64,000 nucleotides of DNA from an uncultured Acidobacteriaceae bacterium (GTDB lineage Bacteria; Acidobacteriota; Terriglobia; Bryobacterales; Bryobacteraceae): the NCBI GenBank assembly GCA_963846035.1, contig CAWJUK010000027.1, forward strand, positions 3,867 to 67,866. Reading direction: 5' to 3'. The notes under the pieces are model-generated. The model worked only from the letters and a program-made list of their open reading frames with translations, did no database searches and was not told the DNA's origin. Of the stretch, positions 21,195-31,900 are shown one piece after another (the stretch's first letter is position 1; every line of letters begins with the position of its first letter). Position numbers and translations under genes: made by a program.

Positions 21195-22442
21195 ATGGCG
21201 AAAAACGCGGAAATCATAGCGGTCGGCACAGAGCTGCTCACGCCGGAACGTCTCGACACGAACTCGCTCATCATCACCGAACACCTAAATTCGATGGGGG
21301 TCGAGGTGGTCTCGAAACATGTGATCGGGGACGACCTGGATGCTCTAACGACCGCGATTCGCGACGCGCTCCGTCGTTCAGAAATCGTCGTCGTGAGTGG
21401 AGGCTTGGGCCCCACGGAAGACGACCGGACGCGCGAGGCGGCGGCTGCGGCTTTAGGGCGGCGGCTTGAGCCTTCGCTCGAACAGGAGACTATCTTGATC
21501 CGCCGTTTCCGGCAACTCAATCGCCCCATGGCCGAGAACAACCTGCGCCAGATTTATTTGATTGAGGGTGGAGAGGCGATGGCGAATCCGCTCGGAACGG
21601 CACCCGGCCAGTTCGTCTCAACGGATCGCGGAGCGCTCGCGTTATTGCCCGGACCGCCGCGGGAATTGGAGGCGATGGTGATCAATCAACTTGTTCCGCG
21701 CCTCAGACCGGTGCTTCCTCCTCAGGTCATCAAAGTGCGAACCTTTCGAATCACGGGAATAGGCGAATCGGCGCTCGATGCGCTGATCGCACCCATTTAC
21801 ACGAAATATACGAACCCGGTGACTACAGTGCTTTCCGCCATCGGGGATTTGTCCGTCCACCTGCGCGCCCGGTGTGCAACCGAGCAGGAAGCCGACAAGC
21901 TGTTGCTCGAAGTTGGCGATCCAATCGCGGAAAGAATCGCCGATTACGTTTATACCGAAAATCCCGCCGAGTCGCTCGAAGCAGTTGTCGGGAGATTGTT
22001 GCGGCAGGCCCGGGCCACCGTTGCGACAGCGGAGAGTTGCACCGGCGGTCTCGTTGCCTCGCGCTTAACCGAGCGTGGCGGCAGCTCCGATTTCTTCGTA
22101 GCCGGTTTCATCACGTACACCGATCGTCAAAAAACAGACGTGCTGGGCATTTCGCAGGATCTTCTCCGGAAACATACGGCAGTCAGTGAGAAGACAGCTG
22201 CCGCGATGGCCGAAGCCGCGCGATCCCGCAGCGGTGCAACCTACGCCCTCTCGACTACCGGATATGCGGGACCAGGGGGCGGGACCGTCGATGACCCGGT
22301 CGGCACTGTGTACGTCGGAATCACCGGCCCGTCGGGCACGCGCGTCGTGCGCCTTCGGCAGGGAACCGATCGTTATCGAATCCGGATGCTTTCCACTCAG
22401 AGCGCACTGAATCTGCTGCGGCGAACCCTACTGGGGTGTTGA
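21195..22442 (+). CDS. cinA: competence/damage-inducible protein CinA (MoCF-type domain plus nicotinamide-nucleotide amidase PncC domain)
   Basis: The start is ATG 21195 (MAKNAEIIAVGTELLTPERLDTNS). The C-terminal domain contains TVATAESCTGGLVASRLT. Confidence 0.88.
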   Translation: MAKNAEIIAVGTELLTPERLDTNSLIITEHLNSMGVEVVSKHVIGDDLDALTTAIRDALRRSEIVVVSGGLGPTEDDRTREAAAAALGRRLEPSLEQETILIRRFRQLNRPMAENNLRQIYLIEGGEAMANPLGTAPGQFVSTDRGALALLPGPPRELEAMVINQLVPRLRPVLPPQVIKVRTFRITGIGESALDALIAPIYTKYTNPVTTVLSAIGDLSVHLRARCATEQEADKLLLEVGDPIAERIADYVYTENPAESLEAVVGRLLRQARATVATAESCTGGLVASRLTERGGSSDFFVAGFITYTDRQKTDVLGISQDLLRKHTAVSEKTAAAMAEAARSRSGATYALSTTGYAGPGGGTVDDPVGTVYVGITGPSGTRVVRLRQGTDRYRIRMLSTQSALNLLRRTLLGC

Positions 22443-22459
22443 GTTGGCTCTCAAAGCGC

Positions 22460-23221
22460 TTAATGCCCGCTGTCACGAGCAAACTGCGGGAATTCTCCGC
22501 CGCTTGCGGCTGTTGCTCTCTCGGACGCTTCCACGTCGATGCTCGAAACAGCGATTTTTCGAGCTGGTTCCGCTGAGAAGTCCCAAAAAAACTGGCCCAT
22601 CACAGCGTAGTTCTGTACGATCATTCGCTGGCCATTGCGCAAAATGAGTGTGATGGGGATCTGAGGAGGCGCTTGCGCCGTGTCCTGCTCTGGATAGCTA
22701 CCCCGGGAAGACTGCTGCGCGTATCGCAATTGGTCGATTTCGTTGCTGAGCCTTTGTATCTGCTGTCCCAGAGCGCCTTCGGCCATCATCGCCGGATCCC
22801 CGGAAATATCTTCAGGCGGCGGTCCTGCGGGATAGCTTCCATAGCTACTGTCGTTCCAATCAGACGATCCGTAGGAATCGAAGAACGGCCAGTAGTAGGG
22901 GGCGGCCACGTACGCATACGGAAGCCGGTGCCGATAGCCGTAACCGTAGCCATTGCCGTACCCATAGCCACTGCCGTATCCATAACCGCGATGATTGTAC
23001 GCTCCGGGGGCGATGCCGTAATATCCGGCAGCGGGAGCACGAAGTCCGAGCGTATAGGAGCCGAGCGCAGGAGAGTTGCGCGGAGCGGAAAAGGAACGGG
23101 CGAAGGCGGAGGAGTGCCCGAGATTCGGCGGTGTTCCGTGGGCACGGCCCTGCGCGGTCACGCCGAGGGGCAGCAACATCGGGACAGCAACGACTAAGAG
23201 AATCCGAACGAGCAACGACAT
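22460..23221 (-). CDS. secreted Gly/Tyr-rich protein of unknown function
   Basis: The signal peptide is MSLLVRILLVVAVPMLLPLGVTAQG. A low-complexity core follows (YGYGSGYGYGNGYGYGYRH). The C-terminal region (ITLILRNGQRMIVQNYAVMGQFFWDF) looks globular. Confidence 0.6.
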   Translation of the reverse strand: MSLLVRILLVVAVPMLLPLGVTAQGRAHGTPPNLGHSSAFARSFSAPRNSPALGSYTLGLRAPAAGYYGIAPGAYNHRGYGYGSGYGYGNGYGYGYRHRLPYAYVAAPYYWPFFDSYGSSDWNDSSYGSYPAGPPPEDISGDPAMMAEGALGQQIQRLSNEIDQLRYAQQSSRGSYPEQDTAQAPPQIPITLILRNGQRMIVQNYAVMGQFFWDFSAEPARKIAVSSIDVEASERATAASGGEFPQFARDSGH

Positions 23222-23312
23222 GTGAGCACGGCCTCTTACTTACAGGGTACCGCTGTTGCGATGGGCTGAAAAACATCTGCGGCGCACCGCGCGCCGATAG
23301 AATGGAACTTCG

Positions 23313-24977
23313 ATGCACGTCGCACTTGCACAGATCGACAACACGGTTGGAGATCTGGATGCAAATGCAGCCAAGATTCTGGATTTCGCCCGCCGGGCGG
23401 AGCATCGTGGTGCCGAAATTATTGCGTTCCCGGAGCTCGCTCTCACTGGCTATCCTCCGCGAGATTTGGTTGAAAAGGATTCTTTTCTCGATCGCACCGC
23501 TGACGCGCTGGAACGGATCGCCCGCGAATCGAAGCAGCTAAACGCGTCACTAATCGTCGGTTACGTCGCGCGGTCGCCCGAAAGGTCGGTGATTAAGGCG
23601 CAAAATGCCGCCGCTGTAATCGAAAAAGGCGAGGTTTGCTTTAGGCAATGCAAGATGTTGTTGCCAACCTACGACGTATTTGACGAAGCGCGGTATTTCG
23701 AGCCCGCGGCCTCGCAGGCCATTTGTACCATCCGCGGCGCGAGGGTGGCGCTCTCGATTTGCGAAGATGCGTGGAACGACAAACAATTCTGGCATCGGCG
23801 ACGGTATTCCCGTGACCCTCTTGAGGAACTGGTGCGGCAAGGCGCTGAATTGATCATCACGATTAATGCGTCCCCCTGGAACATTGGAAAGAGAACACTA
23901 CGGCAGGAGATTTTCCACGCTACGGCCCGGCGCTTCGGCCTCCCTATCGCCTATGTCCACATGGTGGGCGGCAACGATCAGCTCGTATTCGACGGTTCGA
24001 GCTTCGCCATGACGGGCCGAGGTGAACTGGCCGCGAAAGCGAAGTCGTTTTCGGAGGATATCGTCATGTTTGATCCCGTGAGCGGCTCGGGTGACGATCA
24101 CGCGAACCATCTGGCTGGAGATGACGCCGCCTATGAAGCCCTTGTCCTCGGCACGCGCGACTACGTTCGCAAGTGCGGATTCCGCAGCGTCCTCGTCGGT
24201 CTGAGCGGCGGCATCGACTCAGCTCTTGTGGCCGCAATCGCGGCGGAAGCGGTCGGCCGCGAGAACGTGACAGGTATCGGAATGCCTGGCCCGTATTCGT
24301 CCGAGCACAGCCTCACCGATGCACGCGCGCTCGCGCAGAATCTCGGCATCCGGTTTGAAATCGTGCCCATCAACTGCGGTTTTCAGTCATTAACGTGTAC
24401 GCTCGAGCCGCTGTTTGGTGGTTACAATCCAGACGTTACGGAAGAAAATCTGCAGTCGCGGCTGCGTGGGCTCATTCTCATGTCGTTATCGAATAAGCTG
24501 GGCGCTCTGGTGCTCACCACTGGTAATAAAAGCGAAATCGCTGTCGGTTACTGTACGCTGTACGGCGACATGTGCGGTGGCCTCGCCGTCATCAGTGACG
24601 TTCCAAAGACGATGGTTTATCGGCTCGCCCGAATTGCAAACCAGCGCTCACTTGAAAAAGGACTTCCGGGTCCTATCCCGGAGAATACGTTCTTGAAGCC
24701 TCCTTCAGCCGAGCTGCGCCCCGGACAGAAAGATACTGACAGCCTCCCTGAATACGAGGTGCTGGATGCCATTCTTGCCGGTTACATCGAGCGCTATGAA
24801 TCCGTGCCGGAGATAGCCGCAAGAGAAAACTTGCCCGAAGATTTGGTGCGCGACGTGATTCGGAAGGTCGATCGCAACGAGTACAAACGCCAGCAAGCTG
24901 CCCCTGGCCTGCGAATTACGCCCAAGGCGTTCGGTGTCGGACGGCGATTCCCCATTGCTCACAGGTTTACTGAATGA
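23313..24977 (+). CDS. nadE: glutamine-dependent NAD+ synthetase
   Basis: The N-terminal domain is CN-hydrolase type. The C-terminal synthetase carries the PP-loop LVGLSGGIDSALVA. Length is 554 aa. Confidence 0.9.
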   Translation: MHVALAQIDNTVGDLDANAAKILDFARRAEHRGAEIIAFPELALTGYPPRDLVEKDSFLDRTADALERIARESKQLNASLIVGYVARSPERSVIKAQNAAAVIEKGEVCFRQCKMLLPTYDVFDEARYFEPAASQAICTIRGARVALSICEDAWNDKQFWHRRRYSRDPLEELVRQGAELIITINASPWNIGKRTLRQEIFHATARRFGLPIAYVHMVGGNDQLVFDGSSFAMTGRGELAAKAKSFSEDIVMFDPVSGSGDDHANHLAGDDAAYEALVLGTRDYVRKCGFRSVLVGLSGGIDSALVAAIAAEAVGRENVTGIGMPGPYSSEHSLTDARALAQNLGIRFEIVPINCGFQSLTCTLEPLFGGYNPDVTEENLQSRLRGLILMSLSNKLGALVLTTGNKSEIAVGYCTLYGDMCGGLAVISDVPKTMVYRLARIANQRSLEKGLPGPIPENTFLKPPSAELRPGQKDTDSLPEYEVLDAILAGYIERYESVPEIAARENLPEDLVRDVIRKVDRNEYKRQQAAPGLRITPKAFGVGRRFPIAHRFTE

Positions 24978-27526
24978 ATATTTTCTTTCCTCATAAAACT
25001 CGCGCCACTCGCGTGCTATTTGCGTGTTTGGCTATTGCATTCGCGGGCATGGTATTGAGGCAGCGGGTGGTGTCCCAAAGCGCTTCCCGGGAGCAGGTGG
25101 GGCCTTTGAAAGGCGGCGGCTTCCTTCTCAACAGCGGATGGACCATTCGCCCGGCCGGGACGCAAGTGGCGGTCGATACATTTCCGATGGCGATTGCCGT
25201 TTCGAACAACCAGAAATACCTGCTGGTGATGAACGCGGGATTCAACCCGCCGTCGATCAGCGTAATTGACATCGCGCAAGAACGCGAGCTCGGGCGTACG
25301 CCGCTTCCCGATTGCTGGCTGGGTCTGGCGGTTGCGCCGCGCGGAAACATCATCTACGTGGGCGGCGGGGGCCGCGCGGCAGTGTATGAGTTATCACTCG
25401 ATCCCCAGACAGGCGCTCTCACCCGCACGCGCGAATTCGCGGCGGTTCCCGATCCAAAAAATGCAGGAGTCGCCTTTATCGGTGACGTGGCGCTTTCGCC
25501 CGACGGTCACGTGCTCTATGCGGCAGACCTTTATGACGACATGATCGCGGTGATTAATCTCGAGTCCGGTAAACTGCTGGGCCGTTGGAAATGCGGCCGT
25601 CGACCGTACCGCATCATCGTTCCACCCGCCGGGAATCAGCTCATTGTGAGTAGCTGGGCGGATTCGGCCGTCTATCAATACGACGCGCGCAACGGAAAAC
25701 AGATCGGGAAGACTCGCGTTGGTCCTCATGCCAGCGACATGCTATGGATCAACCAGCCCGCTCCGGCGGACCAGGGTGCATTGACGTATGTCGCGCGCCT
25801 GTTCGTCGCGTCCGCGAACACGAACAACGTGTATTCGCTCGGGGTCACACCGGACGGCCAGTTAGCGGCGCTCGAATCCATTAACGTCTCGATGACTCCC
25901 ATGCATCCGCTAGGAATGACGCCTTCGGCGCTCGCGGCTGACGGCAGCGGGAATCGCCTGTATGTGGTGTGTTCCGATGCGAACGCGGTGACGGTCGCCG
26001 ACATATCCGGAGCGCGCAGTAACGTGCTCGGGATGATCCCCACCGGTTGGTATCCCACAGCGGTGCGCGTCTTGAATGATGGCCAGCTCGTGATCCTGAA
26101 CGGGAAGGGATTGGGCAGCCGGCCGAATCCGGACGGGCCTAATCCAGCGACGCGAGCCCGTGCAACCACGGGAGGTGGCATCATCGCGCCTGGGTATGTC
26201 GCTCATATTCAGACCGGCACAGCCGCATTGGTGCCGGCAATCACTGAAGACAAGCTCTCCGACTATACCGATACGGTGCTTGAAAATTCGCCCTACCGCG
26301 ATGAAATGATCTACGAAAAGAACCCCGACGAGCAGAGCGCGTTCTTTTCGCGTGCGGAGGGTCACACTTCTCCGATTCAGCACGTCATCTACGTCATCAA
26401 GGAGAATCGCACGTATGATCAGGTCCTGGGCGATTTGGAGAAGGGAAATGGCGACAAGGCCCTGACCTTATTCGGCGAGCAGATCACCCCGAATCAACAC
26501 CAGCTTGCCCGCGAGTTCATTCTTTACGACAACTTCTACGAAAACGCCGATGTTAGCGCCGAAGGACACAACTGGGCCTCAGCCGCGATCGCCCCTGACT
26601 ACACCGTAAAGACGTGGCCGAATGAATATGGCTACCGCCGGAAAGAGCCGTACGATTACGAAGGGGAAGAGCCAGCCAACACCCCGCCTGCTGGATATAT
26701 TTGGGACAACGCGTCCCAAGCGGGCGTGAGCGTTCGCGATTACGGGGAATGGGTGACCAGCCTCCCTCTCAACTCCGTGAACGGTGCCCGGCAGATTGAA
26801 CGAGCAAACGATTCCGCGCTGCAGCCGTACACCGACATGAATTATCGCGGATTCGACTTGCAATATCCCGATGTCAATCGAGCAAGAGAATTCATCCGCG
26901 AGTGGAAAAACTTCGATGCGCGGGATCAAGCGCCGCAGTTGTCGATCGTTCGTCTCGGGAATGATCACACGGAAGGATTAAAAGCTGGCGCTTTGACGCC
27001 TTTTGCGCATGTTGCGGACAACGACTACGCGGTAGGCCTTATCGTCGATGCGGTTTCTCATAGCCGCGCCTGGGGCTCGACCGCGATCTTCATCATTGAA
27101 GATGATGCGCAAAATGGGCCGGACCACGTCGATTCCCATCGCGCTCCGGTCTGGGTAATATCGCCCTTCACGCATCGCGGCGTGGTGGATTCCACGATGT
27201 ACAATCAAGCCGGCTTGCTTCGCACTATTGAACTGATCTCCGGGCTGCGGCCATTGACACACTTCGATGCTGGCGCGCGCCCGATGTTCGCCACTTTCAG
27301 CCGACAGGGCGATCCCCGTCCTTACACAGTCATTCCGCCGAAGGTCTCGTTGACGGATCGTAATCCCGCAACGGGCCGTGGCGCTACTGCATCGGCGCGA
27401 ATGGATTTTTCAGATGCGGATCGCGTCGGAGACGACGAGTTGAACACGGTGCTCTGGTGGGCGATCAAGAAAACCGATCCTCCTCCGCAGCCGCGTAACG
27501 CGCTTCCCGGACGGGACGCTCGCTAG
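24974..27526 (+). CDS. secreted beta-propeller (YVTN/lactonase-like) fused to a phosphoesterase-family (phospholipase C / acid phosphatase type) domain
   Basis: It has a signal/TM segment. The N-terminal region of about 430 aa is a repeat region. The C-terminal motifs are IQHVIYVIKENRTYDQVLGDL, VRLGNDHTEG and IIEDDAQNGPDHVDSHR. The ATGA start overlaps the nadE stop. Confidence 0.8.
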   Translation: MNIFFPHKTRATRVLFACLAIAFAGMVLRQRVVSQSASREQVGPLKGGGFLLNSGWTIRPAGTQVAVDTFPMAIAVSNNQKYLLVMNAGFNPPSISVIDIAQERELGRTPLPDCWLGLAVAPRGNIIYVGGGGRAAVYELSLDPQTGALTRTREFAAVPDPKNAGVAFIGDVALSPDGHVLYAADLYDDMIAVINLESGKLLGRWKCGRRPYRIIVPPAGNQLIVSSWADSAVYQYDARNGKQIGKTRVGPHASDMLWINQPAPADQGALTYVARLFVASANTNNVYSLGVTPDGQLAALESINVSMTPMHPLGMTPSALAADGSGNRLYVVCSDANAVTVADISGARSNVLGMIPTGWYPTAVRVLNDGQLVILNGKGLGSRPNPDGPNPATRARATTGGGIIAPGYVAHIQTGTAALVPAITEDKLSDYTDTVLENSPYRDEMIYEKNPDEQSAFFSRAEGHTSPIQHVIYVIKENRTYDQVLGDLEKGNGDKALTLFGEQITPNQHQLAREFILYDNFYENADVSAEGHNWASAAIAPDYTVKTWPNEYGYRRKEPYDYEGEEPANTPPAGYIWDNASQAGVSVRDYGEWVTSLPLNSVNGARQIERANDSALQPYTDMNYRGFDLQYPDVNRAREFIREWKNFDARDQAPQLSIVRLGNDHTEGLKAGALTPFAHVADNDYAVGLIVDAVSHSRAWGSTAIFIIEDDAQNGPDHVDSHRAPVWVISPFTHRGVVDSTMYNQAGLLRTIELISGLRPLTHFDAGARPMFATFSRQGDPRPYTVIPPKVSLTDRNPATGRGATASARMDFSDADRVGDDELNTVLWWAIKKTDPPPQPRNALPGRDAR

Positions 27527-28788
27527 TCTTTTCTGAGCGCCACGATGTCGCTGTCGAGCGGCACGCCGCCTTGGATCTTCACGTGCAACAGTGCTGACAT
27601 CCGCCCGATTTTGTGTCCCCGGCCGAGCCGGTTAAGCAAGTTCGCAACTTTGTCCTCACGACAGACGAATTCCACCGCGCCTTGCGTTCCGAAAGTGGTA
27701 GTGCCCGCCGCCACAAGCATCCTCTGAGAGGCTCCCGTCCCGGCACTAACCTCAATGAGCGCGTAATCGTCGGTGATTGGCAATCCCTTCGACCCGAAAT
27801 AGACCGCCTGTTCGCCTGGCCGGGGCCGCAAGTTCACAATCCCGAGATCTCCCGGACGCGGTGGCCCGGGAAACCTTTTGAACACGAAATCTTTGTTTAA
27901 CGGCAGCTCGCGTACCGGAAGGTTCTCCGAAGGAGATCCCACGAAGATCAAATCGCGATTCTTAGTGTCATCCCAGTTCAACAGACGCCCGCGCTTCAGG
28001 ATGAACGGCCTGCCCAGTTCTTCGAAGAGGCCATCCAACTCGTGCACTGCGATCACCTCTCCAACGCCGGTATATTGATCGAAAACCCCGGCGGCCGTAT
28101 CGCGCTCAGGCTGAAAATACCGAAGGCCGGTTTCCGGGCGCCCTACGAATTCAGCGTTACTGAAGACGACAAGCGGCGGGTCGGGATGCGGCAAAACGGT
28201 GTTCCAAAATTGCGTGACCGCCGCGTCTTTTCTGACTGCAATAGTTCCGGCACTGCCGGCGCGCGGCGAACGGAGGAACACCACGAAGAGGAGAACAATC
28301 ACAGCAATGGCCAGCATGGTGAGCCCCACGGCAGCGGGAATGGCCGGTATCGATCTCCGGGACGCCTTCGCAGCCGGTCTCAGACTCGGGCCCTCGTGGA
28401 AAATGACCGAATAACTGCCTTTGGGGATTTCGATGTGCCATGGATCGTCCGCCCCGGTGCCGGAATAATACTCGCCAAGCTTCGCGCGCAGCCGGCCGGT
28501 CTGAACCCGGACCGTGGAATCGAGGCGAGGATCGAACGTCGGAGGCCGTCCGAACACCTCTGTCGCAATCTGGTATTCCTTTATCGGTTGCTGCGGGGCG
28601 TCAAGCGAATGCTCGACGAGATATCGCAAGAGGCTGCACAGAGCCTCGGATCCATGCAAGATCGGATCCTGAGTCACACGCTCCACCATGTCGCGCTTGC
28701 CGTTATGGCTCGAAGGCTTTTCTTTTTCCCGCTGTGCAGAGGAGGATAACATCGAAAAGCCGGAGGCGCTTGGCGGCGCCATCCTCAA
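27523..28788 (-). CDS. membrane-anchored putative regulator with an N-terminal winged-helix-like domain; start uncertain
   Basis: SLLRYLVEHSL..QPIKEYQIATEVFGRPPTFDPRLDSTVRVQTGRLRAKLGEYY is followed by one TM segment (GLTMLAIAVIVLLFVVFL) and a 240-aa extracytoplasmic domain. It is divergent from the TBDR gene. Confidence 0.6.
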   Translation of the reverse strand: MRMAPPSASGFSMLSSSAQREKEKPSSHNGKRDMVERVTQDPILHGSEALCSLLRYLVEHSLDAPQQPIKEYQIATEVFGRPPTFDPRLDSTVRVQTGRLRAKLGEYYSGTGADDPWHIEIPKGSYSVIFHEGPSLRPAAKASRRSIPAIPAAVGLTMLAIAVIVLLFVVFLRSPRAGSAGTIAVRKDAAVTQFWNTVLPHPDPPLVVFSNAEFVGRPETGLRYFQPERDTAAGVFDQYTGVGEVIAVHELDGLFEELGRPFILKRGRLLNWDDTKNRDLIFVGSPSENLPVRELPLNKDFVFKRFPGPPRPGDLGIVNLRPRPGEQAVYFGSKGLPITDDYALIEVSAGTGASQRMLVAAGTTTFGTQGAVEFVCREDKVANLLNRLGRGHKIGRMSALLHVKIQGGVPLDSDIVALRKD

Positions 28789-28957
28789 TTAATCCGATTA
28801 AACGTGATTTTACCTCATCGTTACTCGGCTGAATCCGCGGGACTTAGATGTGTAACGGCATGATACTTGAAAAATGCTTGCCATCGCGCCGAAAACGGCA
28901 CAGACTCTATTTGATATGCCCGCGTAAATTCGCCGGCTTGGTTTCAGGGGAATCGAA

Positions 28958-31900
28958 ATGCTTCAAAAATGCTGTTTTGCCATTTTTTCCGTATCCATTT
29001 TGGCCGCCGTCTCCACCACGACGCTTTGGGCGCAGGGCGACACGGCCCGGCTGGAAGGCCGCGTTATGGACCCGAGCGGAGCCGCGGTTCCGAACGCTAC
29101 TGTCGTCGTCACCAATGAGGCGACCGGGAGGCAAACCACGGTAACCACCGATCCCAGCAGTGGCAACTTCGCCGTTCCAGCGTTACCCATCGGAAGCTAT
29201 CAGATCGCGGTCCAAGTGACGGGATTCAAGAAGTACACGCAAGAGGTGCGGCTCGACCCCGGGCAAACGGAAAACGCGCCGATCACGCTCGAAACCGGGC
29301 AGGTTACGGAAACCGTGAGCGTAACGGACGAAGCCGCTCTTGTGCAAAGCGCTTCTTCGAACATTAACGCGACGATGAATGCTGCGCAGATCACGGATCT
29401 GCCGCTGAATGGCCGCAATTTCACGCAAGTCGCACTGCTGAGTCCGGGCGTGACGCGCGGCAATCCAACCGGCAACGCGACCGGAGCACAGGGCAATGCC
29501 GAGACATTCCGCTACGGCGGCGTGGGTGGCGCATCGCTCGCCGTGAACGGTCTACCTCCGCAGGCTAACAACTTCATGCTCGATGGAATCGACAACAACG
29601 AATCGCTGGTGAACACGATCGTGTTCTTTCCTCCAGCGGAAGCGATCCAAGAGTTCAGCGTTGATACGAGTGTCGCGCCGGCTGAGTTCGGTCGCGCGGG
29701 CGGCGCAATCGTGAACACGGCCATTAAGTCCGGCACCAACGAGATCCACGGCAGCGCGTTCGAATTCCTCAGAAACTCGTATTTCGATGCCAGGCAGACA
29801 TACGCATCGACGAAAACGCTGTTCCAGCGGAATCAGTTTGGGGGAACTATCGGGTTTCCGATCATCAAGAACAAGTTTTTCTTGTTTGGGGATTATCAAG
29901 GACTGCGGCAGAATCAGCCGCTAGAGCCAGGTTTCGTCACCGTCCCGACGGCCGCCATGCGAACGGGTGATTTTTCGGTTCTGCTGAACCCGGCGCTTTC
30001 GGGTCTGAGCGCGCCCATTGTCATCAAGAGCGTGACCACCGGTCTGCCGTTTCCCGGGAACGTTATTCCTCCCGGCGATATCAACAAGGTAGGGCAGGCG
30101 TATCTAAACGCATTTCCGCTGCCCACCTTCACCAACAAGGTGGGGCAGAATTACGTAACCGGCGAACGCCAGCAGCAGACATTCGACGACTTCGATGTAC
30201 GCGGCGATTACATCGTCAGCGACAAGCAATCCATGTTTGGTCGGTTCAGTTTCGGGCAGGATATTTCGACCACCACTTCGGAATTCCCGAATTTGCCCGC
30301 GGGATTCGGGACGGGAAGCAATTTCAACAAGCCGCGGGGCGCGGTCTGGAGCGATACCTACACGTTGAGCTCCACGCTAGTGAACCAACTCTGGGTGGGC
30401 TGGCAACGTGAATTCCTGGGTTACAATCCGCCGTTCGGAAGCGTGCCGGTTTCAGCGAATCTCGGAATTCCGAATGCAAACCGCAGCCCGCTGCTCGGCG
30501 GCGGGGCGCTGATCGGCGGTTTTGGCAGCCAGCTCGAATACACCGGTGATTACGGTCTCTACGGAGTCCCGGAGAACACGTATCAGATCAAGGATGGAAT
30601 AACAAAGAACACGGGCAAGCACACCTTCAAATTCGGCGCGGATATTATTCAGCGTCAGGTCAACTATTTTCGGCCCATCGCCGGTAAAGGATTTTTCAAC
30701 CTGTTCGGCAACGGCACCAATGGTGCAGGTGCAGCCACGGGTTCGACCGGCTACGAGGCCGCGGACATTCTGGCCGGCTTCATGAACAACTATCAGCTTG
30801 GAGTTCAGAGTGGATACTACGGGACGAAAAGTTGGGAGAACGGATTTTTCGTCCAGGATGATTGGAAGGTTTCGAGCCGCCTGACGCTCAATCTTGGCTT
30901 GAGATATGACATGCTCACTTGGCCCACGGAGAACCACAATCGTCAATCGAACTTCGATCTGGCGAACGGGACGGTGCTGCTGGCCGGGCAAAACGGCAAC
31001 AGCCGCAGCCTCGTCAACAACGATTGGAACAATTTTGCGCCGCGCGCGGGGTTCGCCTACCAATTGACCGATGACGGGAAAACCGTGATTCGCGGCGGCG
31101 CGGGAATATTTTATTTCGTTGACCGCGGAGGGATCAGTAACCAGCTCGGCCAAAACGCGCCATTCGCGGGCAATTCGACATACAACTATTCAAACGGATA
31201 TCGGTTTACGCTCGCCGGGCAAGCGCCGCTGAACAGCAACAATCCGCTGGCGAGCAACCCTGCGGCAATGCCCGCTCCGGGTTTTGTGGGTTTCAACCCG
31301 GCTGCGCCGGCGAACATCAGCATCGTCGCCGATTTGATGAATAACAGAACGCCTTACGTTACCGAATACAATCTTCAGATCCAGCGCGAAGTGTTTAAGG
31401 ATGCCGTGTTCAGTCTGGCGTATGTTGCTGATATCGGCAAGAAACTTCCTTTCTACTACGACGCGAATCAGCAGTTCTTCAATGCGCCTTCCGGCGCCAA
31501 GCTGTACCCCAATTTGGGCGCCGTCACCGTTCAAGGCGATCGCGGCAACTCGTCGTACAACTCTCTGCAAGCGCAATTCGAAAAGCGGATGAGCAACGGA
31601 TTTCAGTTCCGAGGCTCCTTCACGTGGTCGAAAGACATCGACGATGGAGCCGGGGCTTTCGATCAGCCGTTACCGCAGGATTCCTTTGATTTTGCCGCCG
31701 AGCGAGGATTGGCTGCAATCGACCAGCAATACGTCTGGGTGGCCGACATGCTCTACGAACTGCCGTTCGGGCGAGGCCGGATGTTCGGCAACGGCTGGTC
31801 GCGCCCCATGGACGAGATTTTCGGCGGCTGGCATCTCAATGCGATTTGGAGCTGGGAGAGCGGATTGCCGATCAACATCAATTTCGGGAACAACGAGCGA

